Shown here piece after piece: positions 18,843 through 30,453 of a stretch of 63,406 bases of DNA (within the stretch, counting starts at the first letter, position 1; each line of letters begins with the position of its first letter). The translations under genes were made by a program, and so were the position numbers. This DNA comes from Burkholderiales bacterium (GTDB taxonomy: Bacteria > Pseudomonadota > Gammaproteobacteria > Burkholderiales > Burkholderiaceae_C), in NCBI GenBank assembly GCA_038247175.1, contig JBBRVD010000001.1:1-63406 (forward strand), given 5' to 3'. The notes under the pieces were generated by a model that was not told the origin of the DNA, searched no databases, and saw only the letters and a program-made list of their open reading frames with translations.

Positions 18843-19970
18843 ATGAACCCTGGATCCGACGCCCGTCTGGCAGGCTCCAGGGAGCAGCACATCGTTGCGC
18901 ATGTGCCGGACATCAGCGACATCGCGCTTGGCGCGGCCTTGCAACATCAGCTCGACCACAAGACCAAACCCGTCGGGTCGCTGGGCCGCATCGAGATCCT
19001 GGCCCGTCGCCTGGGCGAAATTCTCGGACAGTCCCAGCCCGAGCTGGTACGACCCCAGCTGCTGGTATTTGCAGCCGACCACGGACTGGCGCGCCAGGGC
19101 GTGTCGGCGTATCCCAGCGACGTGACCTGGCAGATGGTGGAGAACTTCCTGGCCGGCGGGGCAGCGGTGAGTGTTCTGGCGCGTCAGCATGGCATCGACC
19201 TCACGGTCATCGACTGCGGCGTGGCCCATGACTTTGCGCCTCGCCCTTCACTGGCACCAGGAAAGCCGCAACTGCTGGTGCGCAAGATCGCCAGCGGCAC
19301 CGCAGACAGCACGCAGCAGCGCGCGATGACGCATGCGCAGTGCCTGCAGGCCATCGCCAACGGACGGGAGGTCGTGCGTGCACTTCCGGGCAACGCGGTG
19401 CTGCTGGGTGAAATGGGCATCGGCAATACCTCGGCGGCCGCCCTGCTGCTGGCGCGCCTGTCAGGTGCCCATATCCGCCAGTGCACCGGCGCCGGCACCG
19501 GGCTGGACGAGCGGGCTATGGCCCGCAAGACCGCCGTGCTCGGGCAGGTGCTGCAACGCCACGCCGACGCGGTCGCGCCGCTGGCCGCGCTGGAGGCATT
19601 CGGTGGCTTCGAGATCGCCAGCATGGTGGGTGCCGTGCTGCAGGCTTCACTCGAGCGCAGGGTGGTGCTGGTCGACGGATTCATCGCGGGTGCAGCTGTT
19701 ATGGTGGCCCATGCCCTGGCGCCGGCGGTGCTGCAGCGATGTGTATTCGCGCACCGTTCCGATGAACTGGGGCATGCGCTGATGTTGCAGCACCTGCAGG
19801 TCGCACCGCTGCTTGACCTCGGCCTGCGCCTGGGGGAGGGGTCGGGCGCGGCGCTGGCCTGGCCCCTGCTGGTTTCGGCCAGCCTGTTGCTGCGGGACAT
19901 GGCCAGCTTCGCATCGGCCGGTGTTGCTGGCCGAACCGAGCCCCAGGGCCGAGAGCCTGTGCGGGGCTGA
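18843..19970 (+). CDS. cobT: nicotinate-nucleotide--dimethylbenzimidazole phosphoribosyltransferase
   Basis: KTKPVGSLG, FAADHG, GEMGIGNT, LRLGEGSGA. Confidence 0.95.
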   Translation: MNPGSDARLAGSREQHIVAHVPDISDIALGAALQHQLDHKTKPVGSLGRIEILARRLGEILGQSQPELVRPQLLVFAADHGLARQGVSAYPSDVTWQMVENFLAGGAAVSVLARQHGIDLTVIDCGVAHDFAPRPSLAPGKPQLLVRKIASGTADSTQQRAMTHAQCLQAIANGREVVRALPGNAVLLGEMGIGNTSAAALLLARLSGAHIRQCTGAGTGLDERAMARKTAVLGQVLQRHADAVAPLAALEAFGGFEIASMVGAVLQASLERRVVLVDGFIAGAAVMVAHALAPAVLQRCVFAHRSDELGHALMLQHLQVAPLLDLGLRLGEGSGAALAWPLLVSASLLLRDMASFASAGVAGRTEPQGREPVRG

Positions 19971-19973
19971 CGC

Positions 19974-20774
19974 ATGCGGACGTTCCTGCGCCACTACCTG
20001 CTGGCGCTGCAATTTTTTACCCGGGTCCCGGTCACCGGCCGGCTGGCGGAATGGGTCGGCTACAGCCCGGCCATGCTGCGCGCCAGCGCTGCGCATTTCC
20101 CGGGCATTGGCTGGCTGGTCGGCGGCTCTTGCGCCGTTCTTGCCGCCATGTTGCAGTGGGCGTTGCCGCCGCTGCCGATGGCGGGGCTGGTGGCCGCGGT
20201 GCTGGTGACAGCGGCCAGTGTGCTGCAGACCGGGGCATTTCACGAAGACGGACTGGCCGACGTGGTCGACGGGCTCGGTGGCAGTCCGGACCGTTTACGC
20301 GCGCTCGACATCATGAAGGATTCGCGCATCGGCGCGTTCGGCGCGCTGGCCCTGATGCTGGTGGTTCTGCTCAAGCTGGCCCTGCTGGCCTTGCTCTGGT
20401 CGCAGGCGCCGGCGCTGCTGCCGTGGAGTCTGTTTGCCGCCCATGTGACGTCGCGTTTCTTTCCGCTGATGCTGGTGCGCACCATGCGCCATGTCGGTGA
20501 CGAGGGGCGTTCCAAGTCCAAGCCGCTGGCCGACCAGATTGGGTCGGGCAGTCTGTTCGTGGCTTTGCTCTGGACGCTGGCTGCACTGTTGCTGGTTGCC
20601 GTGTGCAGGCCCGAGATGCCACTGGCATGGCCATTGGTGGCCGCCGCGCTGGTGTGCCTGTGGTTGCGGCGCTGGTTCCAGCGCCGCTTGCAGGGGTTCA
20701 CCGGCGACTGCCTGGGGGCCACGCAGCAACTGTGCGAAGTGTTGTTCTACCTGGGCCTGGTGTTGGCGCTGTGA
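19974..20774 (+). CDS. cobS: adenosylcobinamide-GDP ribazoletransferase (cobamide synthase)
   Basis: FFTRVP, TGAFHEDGLAD, IMKDSRIG, GFTGDCLGA. Confidence 0.95.
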   Translation: MRTFLRHYLLALQFFTRVPVTGRLAEWVGYSPAMLRASAAHFPGIGWLVGGSCAVLAAMLQWALPPLPMAGLVAAVLVTAASVLQTGAFHEDGLADVVDGLGGSPDRLRALDIMKDSRIGAFGALALMLVVLLKLALLALLWSQAPALLPWSLFAAHVTSRFFPLMLVRTMRHVGDEGRSKSKPLADQIGSGSLFVALLWTLAALLLVAVCRPEMPLAWPLVAAALVCLWLRRWFQRRLQGFTGDCLGATQQLCEVLFYLGLVLAL

Positions 20775-21391
20775 TGCCGACACCGGTCTGCACCGTCGAC
20801 GCCGGCGCGACTCCGGCCCTGTGGCTGGTGCGCCACGGCCGGCCCCTGGTCGACGCCGGTGTGTGTTACGGCGCCACCGATGTTGCAGCCGATCCGCTGC
20901 ACACGGCGCAGATTGCTGCAATGCTGGCAGATCGGCTGCCGCTGGGCGCTGAAGTGCGCAGTTCGCCACTGCAGCGGTGCCTGCTGCTGGCGCAGGCCGT
21001 AGCGGCGGCCCGGTCCGATCTGGTGCTGCGCGTCGAGCCCCGTATCGCCGAGATGGATTTCGGTTGCTGGGAGGGCTGGCGCTGGGACGCCATTCCGAAA
21101 CCTGCGTTCGACGCGTGGACCGGGCAATTCGACCATCATCGTTTCGGCGGCGTCGAGAGTTCGCAGGACCTGATGCATCGGGTCGCGCAGGTCTGGGATG
21201 AGGCGCGCGCCGGCACCACGGCGCAGGTGTGGATCACCCACGCGGGAGTCATCTCGGCGGTCACGCTGTTGGCGCGCGGCAGCCGGTGCGTCCATCGTGC
21301 CAGTGACTGGCCGGCGCAGTCCGCGCGATACGGTGCACTGGTTGGCGTGGTGCATCAGGCTTGCGCAAATTTGACCGGCGAGCGGGATTGA
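20774..21391 (+). CDS. cobC: histidine phosphatase, probable alpha-ribazole phosphatase
   Basis: LVRHG, SSPLQRC, EMDFGCWEG, THAG; coupled to cobS. Confidence 0.8.
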   Translation: MPTPVCTVDAGATPALWLVRHGRPLVDAGVCYGATDVAADPLHTAQIAAMLADRLPLGAEVRSSPLQRCLLLAQAVAAARSDLVLRVEPRIAEMDFGCWEGWRWDAIPKPAFDAWTGQFDHHRFGGVESSQDLMHRVAQVWDEARAGTTAQVWITHAGVISAVTLLARGSRCVHRASDWPAQSARYGALVGVVHQACANLTGERD

Positions 21392-21435
21392 CCGCTGCAC
21401 GGATCAGCTGGCCGCCCTGGCTGCCTCTCACGCGT

Positions 21436-22590
<1,155 letters not shown>

Positions 22591-22625
22591 GTTTCAATTA
22601 TGCCGGTCAGATCATCTCGGCCGGA

Positions 22626-23300
22626 TCAGGCGTTTGGATCGGACACCTGCTGCGTAGCATCGTCGCGGCGGCCACCAGCGGCTGGATAGTCACAGTACGC
22701 CCGCACGGCACAGCGATCGCACTGGGGCTGGCGCGCCATGCAGACATACCGGCCATGCAGGATCAGCCAGTGATGCGCGTTGACCAGGTACTGGGGCGGG
22801 ACACGGCGCAGCAGTGCGCGCTCGACGTCCAGGGGTGTCTTGCCAGGCGCCAATCCGGTGCGGTTGCCCAGCCGCAGCAGGTGGGTGTCGACCGCGATCG
22901 TGGCCTCGCCGAAGGCCGAGTTCAGGATCACGTTGGCCGTCTTGCGGCCGACGCCCGGCAGCGCTTCGAGCTGTTCACGGCTGCGTGGCACCTGGCCGCC
23001 ATGGCGTTCGACCAGCATCGCGCAGGTCTGCAGCAGATGCCGCGCCTTGCTGCGGTACAGGCCGATGGTGCGAATATGCTGCTCCAGACCAGCCAAGCCC
23101 AGGGCCAGCATCTTCGGTGGCGTGTTGGCGACCAGGAACAACTTGCGCGTGGCCTTGTTGACGCTCTTGTCGGTCGCCTGCGCGCTCAGCAGAACTGCGG
23201 TCAGCAGTTCGAACACGCTGGTGTATTCCAGTTCGGTGACCGGCAGCGGGTTGGCGGCCTGCAACGTGCGGAAAAATCCATCGATGGCCTGATTGTTCAC
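22626..23300 (-). CDS. nth: endonuclease III
   Basis: LLSAQATD, HhH LPGVGRKTAN, VDTH, C-x6-C-x2-C-x5-C Fe-S motif; GTG start inferred. Confidence 0.95.
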   Translation of the reverse strand: MNNQAIDGFFRTLQAANPLPVTELEYTSVFELLTAVLLSAQATDKSVNKATRKLFLVANTPPKMLALGLAGLEQHIRTIGLYRSKARHLLQTCAMLVERHGGQVPRSREQLEALPGVGRKTANVILNSAFGEATIAVDTHLLRLGNRTGLAPGKTPLDVERALLRRVPPQYLVNAHHWLILHGRYVCMARQPQCDRCAVRAYCDYPAAGGRRDDATQQVSDPNA

Positions 23301-23412
23301 GGGTGGTGCGTCCGGGTCGCTCCGTAGGTACTGACGGCCCCCTCTTGGGGCAGCTTCATCCTCGGCGCGCACGTGAGCCGCCGCGCGGGTGCCTGGAGGC
23401 GGTGTCGACGGT

Positions 23413-26400
23413 TCAAGCGAGCTGGCGCAATTCGCGCATCGCCACCGACACCGGCGCCAGGTCCGCCGCCTGGGTCGACACCATCGACAGCAGGTTGTTG
23501 AGCCGACGAATGGCCGCGCCGTGGCGTTGCCGCCAGTCGGCAATGTCCTCCTTGCGCGACAACAAGCCCAGCGTGATCTGGCTGGCGATGGAGTAGGCAT
23601 CGTCACGCGCGCTGCCGCGGGCCTGGGTCTGCCACAGGGTTTCGGTGGGTAGCCGGTTGATCTCGGTGCGCCAGGCGGTCAAGCGGAGTTCGGCATCGAC
23701 ATGGAAATAGGTGCGCGCCGCGCTCTCCAGTGTGGTGTCCGCACTCTGGGCCAGGTTGACCAGGTCCAGCGCCGGGAAGATGAACTCCAGTGCGCCGAGG
23801 TCCTGGGCCAGTGCCGGCTCCACACCGGCCTCGCACAAGGTGTCCGACGCGGCCTGCCAGCTGGCGCGCCCTCCATCGGGCAGCCAGTCGCGCAACTGGG
23901 CGCGCATGGCGGCGGCTCCGGGCTGATAACGGCTGATGAGCCTGGGCAGATCGGTGTTGTCCGAGCGTGCACGCATCATCCAGCGCGATGCGCGCTGCGC
24001 GATCGCGGTCAGTTTGCTGAGCAGGTCCAGTTGCAGCCGGGCCTGCACCTTGTAGTCCAGCGCGTCGATCTGGTCCCACAGCCGCTCGAGATCGAATACC
24101 TCTCGCGCCAGTGTGAAGGCGCGCACGACGTCCGCTGCCGTAGCCACCGATTCAGCCGCCAGGTAGTTGACAAAGGTCGCGCCGGTGCGGTTGAGCACGG
24201 TGTTGGTGATGTAGGTCGCGATGATCTCGCGCTTGAGCGGATGGTTGTCCACCGCGCCGGGGAAACGTTCACTCAGCACCTTGGGGAAATAGGCCTGCAG
24301 CGAGCGGTTGAAGTACGGGTCGTCGGGCAGGTTGCTGGCCAGCAGTTCGTCGAACACCGACATCTTCGCGTAGGCCAGCACCACCGCGCCCTCGGGCGCG
24401 CTCAAGCCCTGCTTGCGCGCGCGGCGCTGGGCGATTTCCTGGTCGCTGGGCAGGAATTCGATGGCGCGGTTCAGCCGGCCGGAGCCCTCGAGCCAATGCA
24501 TCAGGCGCTGCTGGCCGTCGAGCAGGTACAGCGGCCGGTGCGTGGCAATGTCGAGCGCCTGGGTCTGGTAGTAGTTGTCGTGCAGCACCAGTTGTGCAAC
24601 CTCTTCGGTCATCGACGCGAGCAGTTCGTTGCGCTGCTTGAGCGTGAGGTCGCCAGATTCGACGATTTGCCCCAGCAAGACCTTGATGTTGACTTCATGG
24701 TCGGAGCAGTCGACACCGGCCGAATTGTCGATCGCGTCGGTGTAGATACGCCCGCCCGCCTGCGCGAATTCGATCCGGCCGCGCTGGGTGGCGCCCAGAT
24801 TGCCGCCCTCGGCCACCACCTTGCAGCGCAATTCGACGCCATCGACCCGGAACGCGTCGCTGGATTTGTCGCCGACCTGGGCATGGGTTTCGTGGCTCGA
24901 CTTGATGTAGGTGCCGATGCCGCCGTTGTACAGCAGGTCCACTGGCGCAAGCAAGATGGCGCGCAACAGGTCACTGGGGGCCATCTCGGTGGCCTCGGTG
25001 CCGAGAACGGCACGGGCCTGTGCGCTGAGCTTGATCGACTTGGCCGTGCGCGGGTAGACACCGCCGCCTTCCGATATCAGGCTCTTGTCGTAGTCGTCCC
25101 AGCTCGAGCGCGGCAGGTCGAACAGCCGTTTGCGCTCCTGCCAGGAGCGCTCGGCATCCGGCTCGGGGTCGATGAAGACATGCCGGTGGTCGAACGCCAG
25201 CTGCAGCCGGATCTTGCGCGACAGCAACATGCCGTTGCCGAACACGTCGCCGGACATGTCGCCGATACCGGCCACGGTGAACTCGGTGGTCTGGGTGTTG
25301 ATGCCCATGGAGCGGAAATGCCGCTTGACCGACTCCCAGGCCCCGCGCGCGGTGATGCCCATCTTCTTGTGGTCGTACCCGACCGAGCCGCCGGAGGCAA
25401 ATGCATCGCCGAGCCAGAACCCGTAGTCCTGCGACACCGCATTGGCAATGTCGGAGAACGTGGCTGTCCCCTTGTCTGCCGCCACCACCAGATAGGGATC
25501 ATCCTCGTCGTGGCGTACCACCTCGGGCGGGGGCACGACCACACCCTTGACCACGTTGTCGGTGATGTCGAGCAATCCGGCCAGGAACATGCGGTAGCAG
25601 GCAATGCCCTCGGCCATCAGCGCCTCCCGGTCGCCGGCCGCCGGCGGCTTCTTGAGCACGAAACCACCCTTGGATCCCACCGGCACAATCACGGTATTCT
25701 TTACCTGCTGCGCCTTTACCAGCCCCAGGACCTCGGTGCGAAAGTCCTCGCGCCGGTCGGACCAGCGCAGGCCGCCGCGCGCGACCTTGCCGCCGCGCAG
25801 GTGCACGCCTTCGAGCCTGGGCGAATAAACCCAGATCTCGAATGCCGGCTTGGGCTCAGGCACACCCGGAAGCTTGCGCGGCTTGAGCTTGAATGACAGG
25901 TAGGGCTTGTGTGCACCGCAAGTGTCCCGTTGCCAGGCATTGGTGCGGGCAGTGGCGCGGATGCTGGCGAAGAACTGGCGCAGGATGCGGTCGTCGTCCA
26001 GGCTCGCGACCGCCGACAGGCTGTCTTCGAGCTGGCGCTCCAGCTCGGCCTGCCGTTGATCGCGGTCACCCGCGAGCCGCGGGTCGAACCGGGTCTGGAA
26101 CAGGGCAATGATGTCCTGCGCGATCGCCGCGTTGCGGATCAGGGCATCTTCGATGTAGTTCTGGCTGAATGCGAAACCGAGCTGCTTGAAATAGCGGGTG
26201 TACGCGCGCAACACGCTGATCTGGCGTGCGTCGAGTTCGCTGACCAGCACCAGCTTGTTCAGGTTGTCGCTTTCCACCGCGCCGCTCCACACCTGCGCGA
26301 ACAGGGATTCGAAGCGCAGCTTGATCGCCGACAATTCGGTTTGCACGGGCATTTGCAGGCCGATGTCGTGGATCCACAGGTCTTCGCTGCCGATGTCGTA

Positions 26401-28167
26401 GGGGTGTTCGTCGAGCACGCGTGCCCCCATGTTCTCGAGCAGGGGAAGCGAATCGGACAGCGCCACTTTCGACCGGTTGTAGATCTTGAATCGCAGCAGC
26501 CCCGCCGGCGCGTTGAGCGGGCGATACAGCCGGACGATCAACGGCTCCTCGGGTGTCAGGCCCACCAGCATGCCGGCGTCCTCGGCCGCCACCGCGGCGG
26601 AGAAATGCTCCCGGTACGCAAGAGGGAAGGCGGCTGCGAACCGGTTGGACAGCACGAGACCCTGGCCTTCGCCGAGCGCGCGCAGCAGTTCGGCGGTGAA
26701 GTGGTCCTCCCAGCGTTGTGCGAGTTTCTCGACCCGCGCCTCGAGTGCCGCCAGATTGACCGTGGTCGGAGCCCGTTTTCGGGCCCGTACCAGGTAATGG
26801 ATGCGAGCCAGCGGACTGTCGGTGAGCATGGGCGTGAATTCAAGCGACTCGCCATCGAGCACGGCCATCAGCTCCTGGCCCACCTTGACCCGCAGTTCGG
26901 TGTTGTAGCGGTCGCGCGGCACGAATACCAGCGCCGACGTGAAGCGGCCGAACGGGTCGCGGCGCAGGAACAGCCGTGTGCGCTGGCGTTCCTGCAGTCG
27001 CAGGATACCGATCGCGTGTTCGGCCAGCGTGTCGGTGTCGATCTGGAACAGCTCGTCGCGCGGGTAGACCTCCAGGATCGACTGCAGCGATTTGGCCGCA
27101 TGGCTCTCGGGCACCACGTCAGCGCGGGCCATCACCTGACCCGCGCGCTGGCGCACCTGCGGAATCTCCTCGATCGAGACGGAGTAGGCGGTGGAGGTGT
27201 ACAGGCCCAGGAACCGGGTCTCGCCGACCACCTGGCCCTGGTCGTCGAATCGCTTGACGGCGATGTAGTCGAGCCAGGCCGGGCGGTGCACCGTGGAGCG
27301 GGTCATGGCCTTGATGACCAGCACCAGTTCGTCGGTGTCGATCAGGGCCACTGCTTCCGGTGGAAGATGGGTTTCGGTGGTGTTCGCCGGGCCGCGCAGG
27401 ATGCCCAGGCCCGACTCGGGCCGCGCGATCAGCGACGCCTTGTCGCCATTGCGCTTGAGATCGTAGTCGCGCGTACCCAGGAAGGTGAAGTGACGGTCTT
27501 CGAGCCAGTGCAGGAAGGCGATGCCCTCGTGCTTGCTGGCGTCGGTCAGCGACGATCGGGCCGCCTCCTCGCAGACCTCGTTCAGCCGGCCCAGCATGGC
27601 CGGCCAGTCCTGCACCGAATTGCGCACGTCGCCGAGTACCCGCTTGAGTTCCAGTGCCAGCGCGTTACGGTCGGCCTCGGGCACGATGCGGTCGCACTCT
27701 ACGGTGATCAGCGACTCCACGGCGGTGGCCTTGCGACTGGCGCGGTCGGCTGGTACGCGCCGGATCTGCGTGGCCAGGCCCTTGTCGTCGCGGGTGACGG
27801 CCATCAGTGGGTGCACGATCCAGTGCGCGGTGCGACCGCTGCGGTTGACCGCCATCGTCACCGAGTCGACCAGGAACGGCATGTCGGCATGCACGATCTG
27901 GATCACGGTATGGTCGCTGACAAAACCGTCCTCCGCCAGCGTCGGATTGAACACCCGGATACGTGCCGTGTCGGGAGCCCGCGACGCCTCGAGCAGCCGC
28001 CAGTGCGCGTGCGCGATGGCGAAAAGTGTGGCGGGTCCGCGCGCCGCTGTTTCGTGCGGGTCCGCGCTGTCGAAATAGGCCAGCACGAATTCGGACATCC
28101 GGGCACCGGACGAACCGCTATGGGCCTGGGTGTATTGCATCAGCTCGGCAAGAGCGCCAGTGGTCAT
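23413..28167 (-). CDS. gdh: large NAD-specific glutamate dehydrogenase
   Basis: About 1580 aa; DMPFLVDS, ARGGLRWSDR, VVAADKGTATFSD, GIGDMSGDVFGNG, DNSAGVDCSDHEVNIK. Confidence 0.95.
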   Translation of the reverse strand: MTTGALAELMQYTQAHSGSSGARMSEFVLAYFDSADPHETAARGPATLFAIAHAHWRLLEASRAPDTARIRVFNPTLAEDGFVSDHTVIQIVHADMPFLVDSVTMAVNRSGRTAHWIVHPLMAVTRDDKGLATQIRRVPADRASRKATAVESLITVECDRIVPEADRNALALELKRVLGDVRNSVQDWPAMLGRLNEVCEEAARSSLTDASKHEGIAFLHWLEDRHFTFLGTRDYDLKRNGDKASLIARPESGLGILRGPANTTETHLPPEAVALIDTDELVLVIKAMTRSTVHRPAWLDYIAVKRFDDQGQVVGETRFLGLYTSTAYSVSIEEIPQVRQRAGQVMARADVVPESHAAKSLQSILEVYPRDELFQIDTDTLAEHAIGILRLQERQRTRLFLRRDPFGRFTSALVFVPRDRYNTELRVKVGQELMAVLDGESLEFTPMLTDSPLARIHYLVRARKRAPTTVNLAALEARVEKLAQRWEDHFTAELLRALGEGQGLVLSNRFAAAFPLAYREHFSAAVAAEDAGMLVGLTPEEPLIVRLYRPLNAPAGLLRFKIYNRSKVALSDSLPLLENMGARVLDEHPYDIGSEDLWIHDIGLQMPVQTELSAIKLRFESLFAQVWSGAVESDNLNKLVLVSELDARQISVLRAYTRYFKQLGFAFSQNYIEDALIRNAAIAQDIIALFQTRFDPRLAGDRDQRQAELERQLEDSLSAVASLDDDRILRQFFASIRATARTNAWQRDTCGAHKPYLSFKLKPRKLPGVPEPKPAFEIWVYSPRLEGVHLRGGKVARGGLRWSDRREDFRTEVLGLVKAQQVKNTVIVPVGSKGGFVLKKPPAAGDREALMAEGIACYRMFLAGLLDITDNVVKGVVVPPPEVVRHDEDDPYLVVAADKGTATFSDIANAVSQDYGFWLGDAFASGGSVGYDHKKMGITARGAWESVKRHFRSMGINTQTTEFTVAGIGDMSGDVFGNGMLLSRKIRLQLAFDHRHVFIDPEPDAERSWQERKRLFDLPRSSWDDYDKSLISEGGGVYPRTAKSIKLSAQARAVLGTEATEMAPSDLLRAILLAPVDLLYNGGIGTYIKSSHETHAQVGDKSSDAFRVDGVELRCKVVAEGGNLGATQRGRIEFAQAGGRIYTDAIDNSAGVDCSDHEVNIKVLLGQIVESGDLTLKQRNELLASMTEEVAQLVLHDNYYQTQALDIATHRPLYLLDGQQRLMHWLEGSGRLNRAIEFLPSDQEIAQRRARKQGLSAPEGAVVLAYAKMSVFDELLASNLPDDPYFNRSLQAYFPKVLSERFPGAVDNHPLKREIIATYITNTVLNRTGATFVNYLAAESVATAADVVRAFTLAREVFDLERLWDQIDALDYKVQARLQLDLLSKLTAIAQRASRWMMRARSDNTDLPRLISRYQPGAAAMRAQLRDWLPDGGRASWQAASDTLCEAGVEPALAQDLGALEFIFPALDLVNLAQSADTTLESAARTYFHVDAELRLTAWRTEINRLPTETLWQTQARGSARDDAYSIASQITLGLLSRKEDIADWRQRHGAAIRRLNNLLSMVSTQAADLAPVSVAMRELRQLA

Positions 28168-28327
28168 GTCAGCTCCATTGGGCGTTGCCACGGAACGCAA
28201 AACGCATGCCGCGTCGGCCACCATTCCATTCTAGGCCGGGGTACCGTCACCCGGCAGGCGATCAGGGCGGCGCGCATGGCCCTATGTCGCAGTTGCATCA
28301 GGCCCGGGCACGGCGGCTGCCTGGGGG

Positions 28328-29149
28328 TCAGCCGGCCTGCGTGAGGTTGATGAAACCTGCCGATTCCGGAAAGGTCGATTTCATCCAGCCGTATTTCAGA
28401 GCCAGCGCGTCCATGACCGCCACTGGCAGCGCTTCGATCGCATCGGCATGGGCATCAGGCTGGTCGGCCAGCAGACTGCCCAGGTGCACGACGGCGGCCA
28501 GCGGCGTGATCGGCTTTTCTGCCAGGGGTTCGGACGCAAGAAGCAGCGCGTGCACGTACTCGCTGGGGAAGTTCCATTGCCGGGCGAGTTCGGCCGTGAC
28601 GTCGGCCTCGTCGAAACCGACGGCCGCGCGCTCGCGTTGCCAGCGTTCTCCCGGGGCACACGGCATCTTCTCGATATCGCTCATGGTCTCGGGTCGTGCA
28701 TGCCCGATGATCAATTCGCCCAGGCGCAGCATCAGACCCACCAGCCAGGCGCTGTGGCTATCGACCTCGATACGGGTGTCCAGCCCAGTTGCCAGCCATT
28801 GGGCGTAACCGGCGCAGTCGGTGCTGTGGCGCCAGAACCGGGTGCTGTCGATGCCCTCGGGCATCGAGAATGCGTTGTGCAGACATGCCGACAGGGCCAG
28901 CGTCCGGATCCGGGACAGGCCCACCAGCTTGGCCGCATGGTCCAGGCTCTCGACCCTGCGCGGCAGGCCGAACGCAGCGCTGTTGGCCAGTGCCAGCAGC
29001 TTGGCGCTCAGAGTCGGATCCTGCGCGATCAGGGACTGGATCTTGTCGAGCGAGGTCCTGGGCTGGTCCAGCGTGTTGATCAAGGCCAGGCCCACATCCG
29101 GCATGACTGGCAAGGCAACGGTCTTGAAAAGATCGGCAATATCGGACAT
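28328..29149 (-). CDS. HDOD domain protein
   Basis: LPVMP, DPTLSAKLLALANSAAFG, FWRHS, LARQWNFP. Confidence 0.88.
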   Translation of the reverse strand: MSDIADLFKTVALPVMPDVGLALINTLDQPRTSLDKIQSLIAQDPTLSAKLLALANSAAFGLPRRVESLDHAAKLVGLSRIRTLALSACLHNAFSMPEGIDSTRFWRHSTDCAGYAQWLATGLDTRIEVDSHSAWLVGLMLRLGELIIGHARPETMSDIEKMPCAPGERWQRERAAVGFDEADVTAELARQWNFPSEYVHALLLASEPLAEKPITPLAAVVHLGSLLADQPDAHADAIEALPVAVMDALALKYGWMKSTFPESAGFINLTQAG

Positions 29150-29267
29150 CGCATCTCCTGTGTTGTGCAGGCGCCCAGGTTTTCCGCACCTGCAACATTT
29201 TGACCGATTCCCATGACGGCGCCGGTCTTGCCACAATAGCGTCTTTGTACTCCCATTCCCAGCCGCC

Positions 29268-30443
29268 ATGGAATTTGCCAGCCGCCTTCAAAACGTCGAG
29301 ACCTCCGCCATCCGGGAACTGTTCAAGCTGCTGAGTAAACCCGGCATCATCAGTTTTGCCGGCGGCTTTCCCGACCCCAGTCTGTTCGATGCCGAGGGTA
29401 TCCGCATGTCGGCCGATGCCGTTTTGTCGCAACATGCCGCAGCCGTGCTGCAATACGGTGCGACCGAGGGTTATGGCCCTTTGCGCGAGGCCCTGCCCGG
29501 ATTCATGGCGGCCAAGGGCGCGGCAGTGAAGCCGGACGGATTGATCGTCACCACCGGAAGCCAGCAGGCGCTGGACCTGATTGGCAAGACCATGATCTCA
29601 CCCGGGGACAAGGTGATCGTCGAGGCACCGACCTTCCTGGCGACGATCCAGTGTTTCCGGCTCTACGGTGCAGACCTGATCGGCGCGCCGGTCGACGCCG
29701 ATGGTGTCCGGGTCGACGTGCTGGAGCAACTCATCCTGGAGCATCGGCCCCGGCTGGTCTACCTGATTCCCACGTTTGGCAATCCGAGCGGCGCCACGCT
29801 GAGCCTGGAGCGTCGCAAGCGGGTACTCGAGATCGCCGCGCGCACCGGCACGCTGGTGGTCGAGGACGACCCCTATGGCGAGTTGTATTTCAGCGCGCCG
29901 CCGCCGCCCAGCCTGCTGGCGCTCTGCGATGAGGTTCCCGGCAGCCGTCCGTGGCTGGCCCACTGCGGCAGCTTCAGCAAGATCCTGAGTCCGGGTTTGC
30001 GGGTCGGCTGGCTGATTGCGCCGCCGGAACTGCTGGCGCGCGCCACGATGTGCAAGCAGTTCAGCGATGCCCACACCAGCAACCTGAGCCAGGCCATCGC
30101 TGCGCACTATCTGAGTCTGGGCCGGCTGGCTCCGACCCTCGATCGGGTGCGCAGCACCTATGCCGAGCGCGCGCGCGTGATGGCGCAGGGCCTGCGCCGG
30201 GAGCTCGGCGACGCGATCACCTTCAATGAGCCACACGGCGGCATGTTTTTCTGGGCACGCCTGACGCAGGACCGTGATGCGGCCGCATTCGCCCGGCGCG
30301 CCATCGACAAGTTGGTGGCGTTCGTGCCCGGCGCGCCTTTTTTTCCGCAACAGCCCGATGCCTGCAGCCTGCGCCTGAGTTTTGCCACCGCGGATAGCGC
30401 GAAGATTTCCGAAGGCATCAACCGGCTTGCGCAGGCCTTGTAG
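29268..30443 (+). CDS. PLP-dependent class I/II aminotransferase (LysN/2-aminoadipate-type)
   Basis: SAIRELFK, ISFAGGFP, GSQQALDL, EDDPYGEL, SFSKILSPGLRVG. Confidence 0.9.
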   Translation: MEFASRLQNVETSAIRELFKLLSKPGIISFAGGFPDPSLFDAEGIRMSADAVLSQHAAAVLQYGATEGYGPLREALPGFMAAKGAAVKPDGLIVTTGSQQALDLIGKTMISPGDKVIVEAPTFLATIQCFRLYGADLIGAPVDADGVRVDVLEQLILEHRPRLVYLIPTFGNPSGATLSLERRKRVLEIAARTGTLVVEDDPYGELYFSAPPPPSLLALCDEVPGSRPWLAHCGSFSKILSPGLRVGWLIAPPELLARATMCKQFSDAHTSNLSQAIAAHYLSLGRLAPTLDRVRSTYAERARVMAQGLRRELGDAITFNEPHGGMFFWARLTQDRDAAAFARRAIDKLVAFVPGAPFFPQQPDACSLRLSFATADSAKISEGINRLAQAL

Positions 30444-30453
30444 ACCACCGGTC

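Noticed and set aside
23701-28344. Long plus-strand ORFs (731 and 811 aa) antisense to gdh
   Set aside because: Shadow ORFs caused by high-GC codon bias; no motifs, and the opposite strand carries a clear gene
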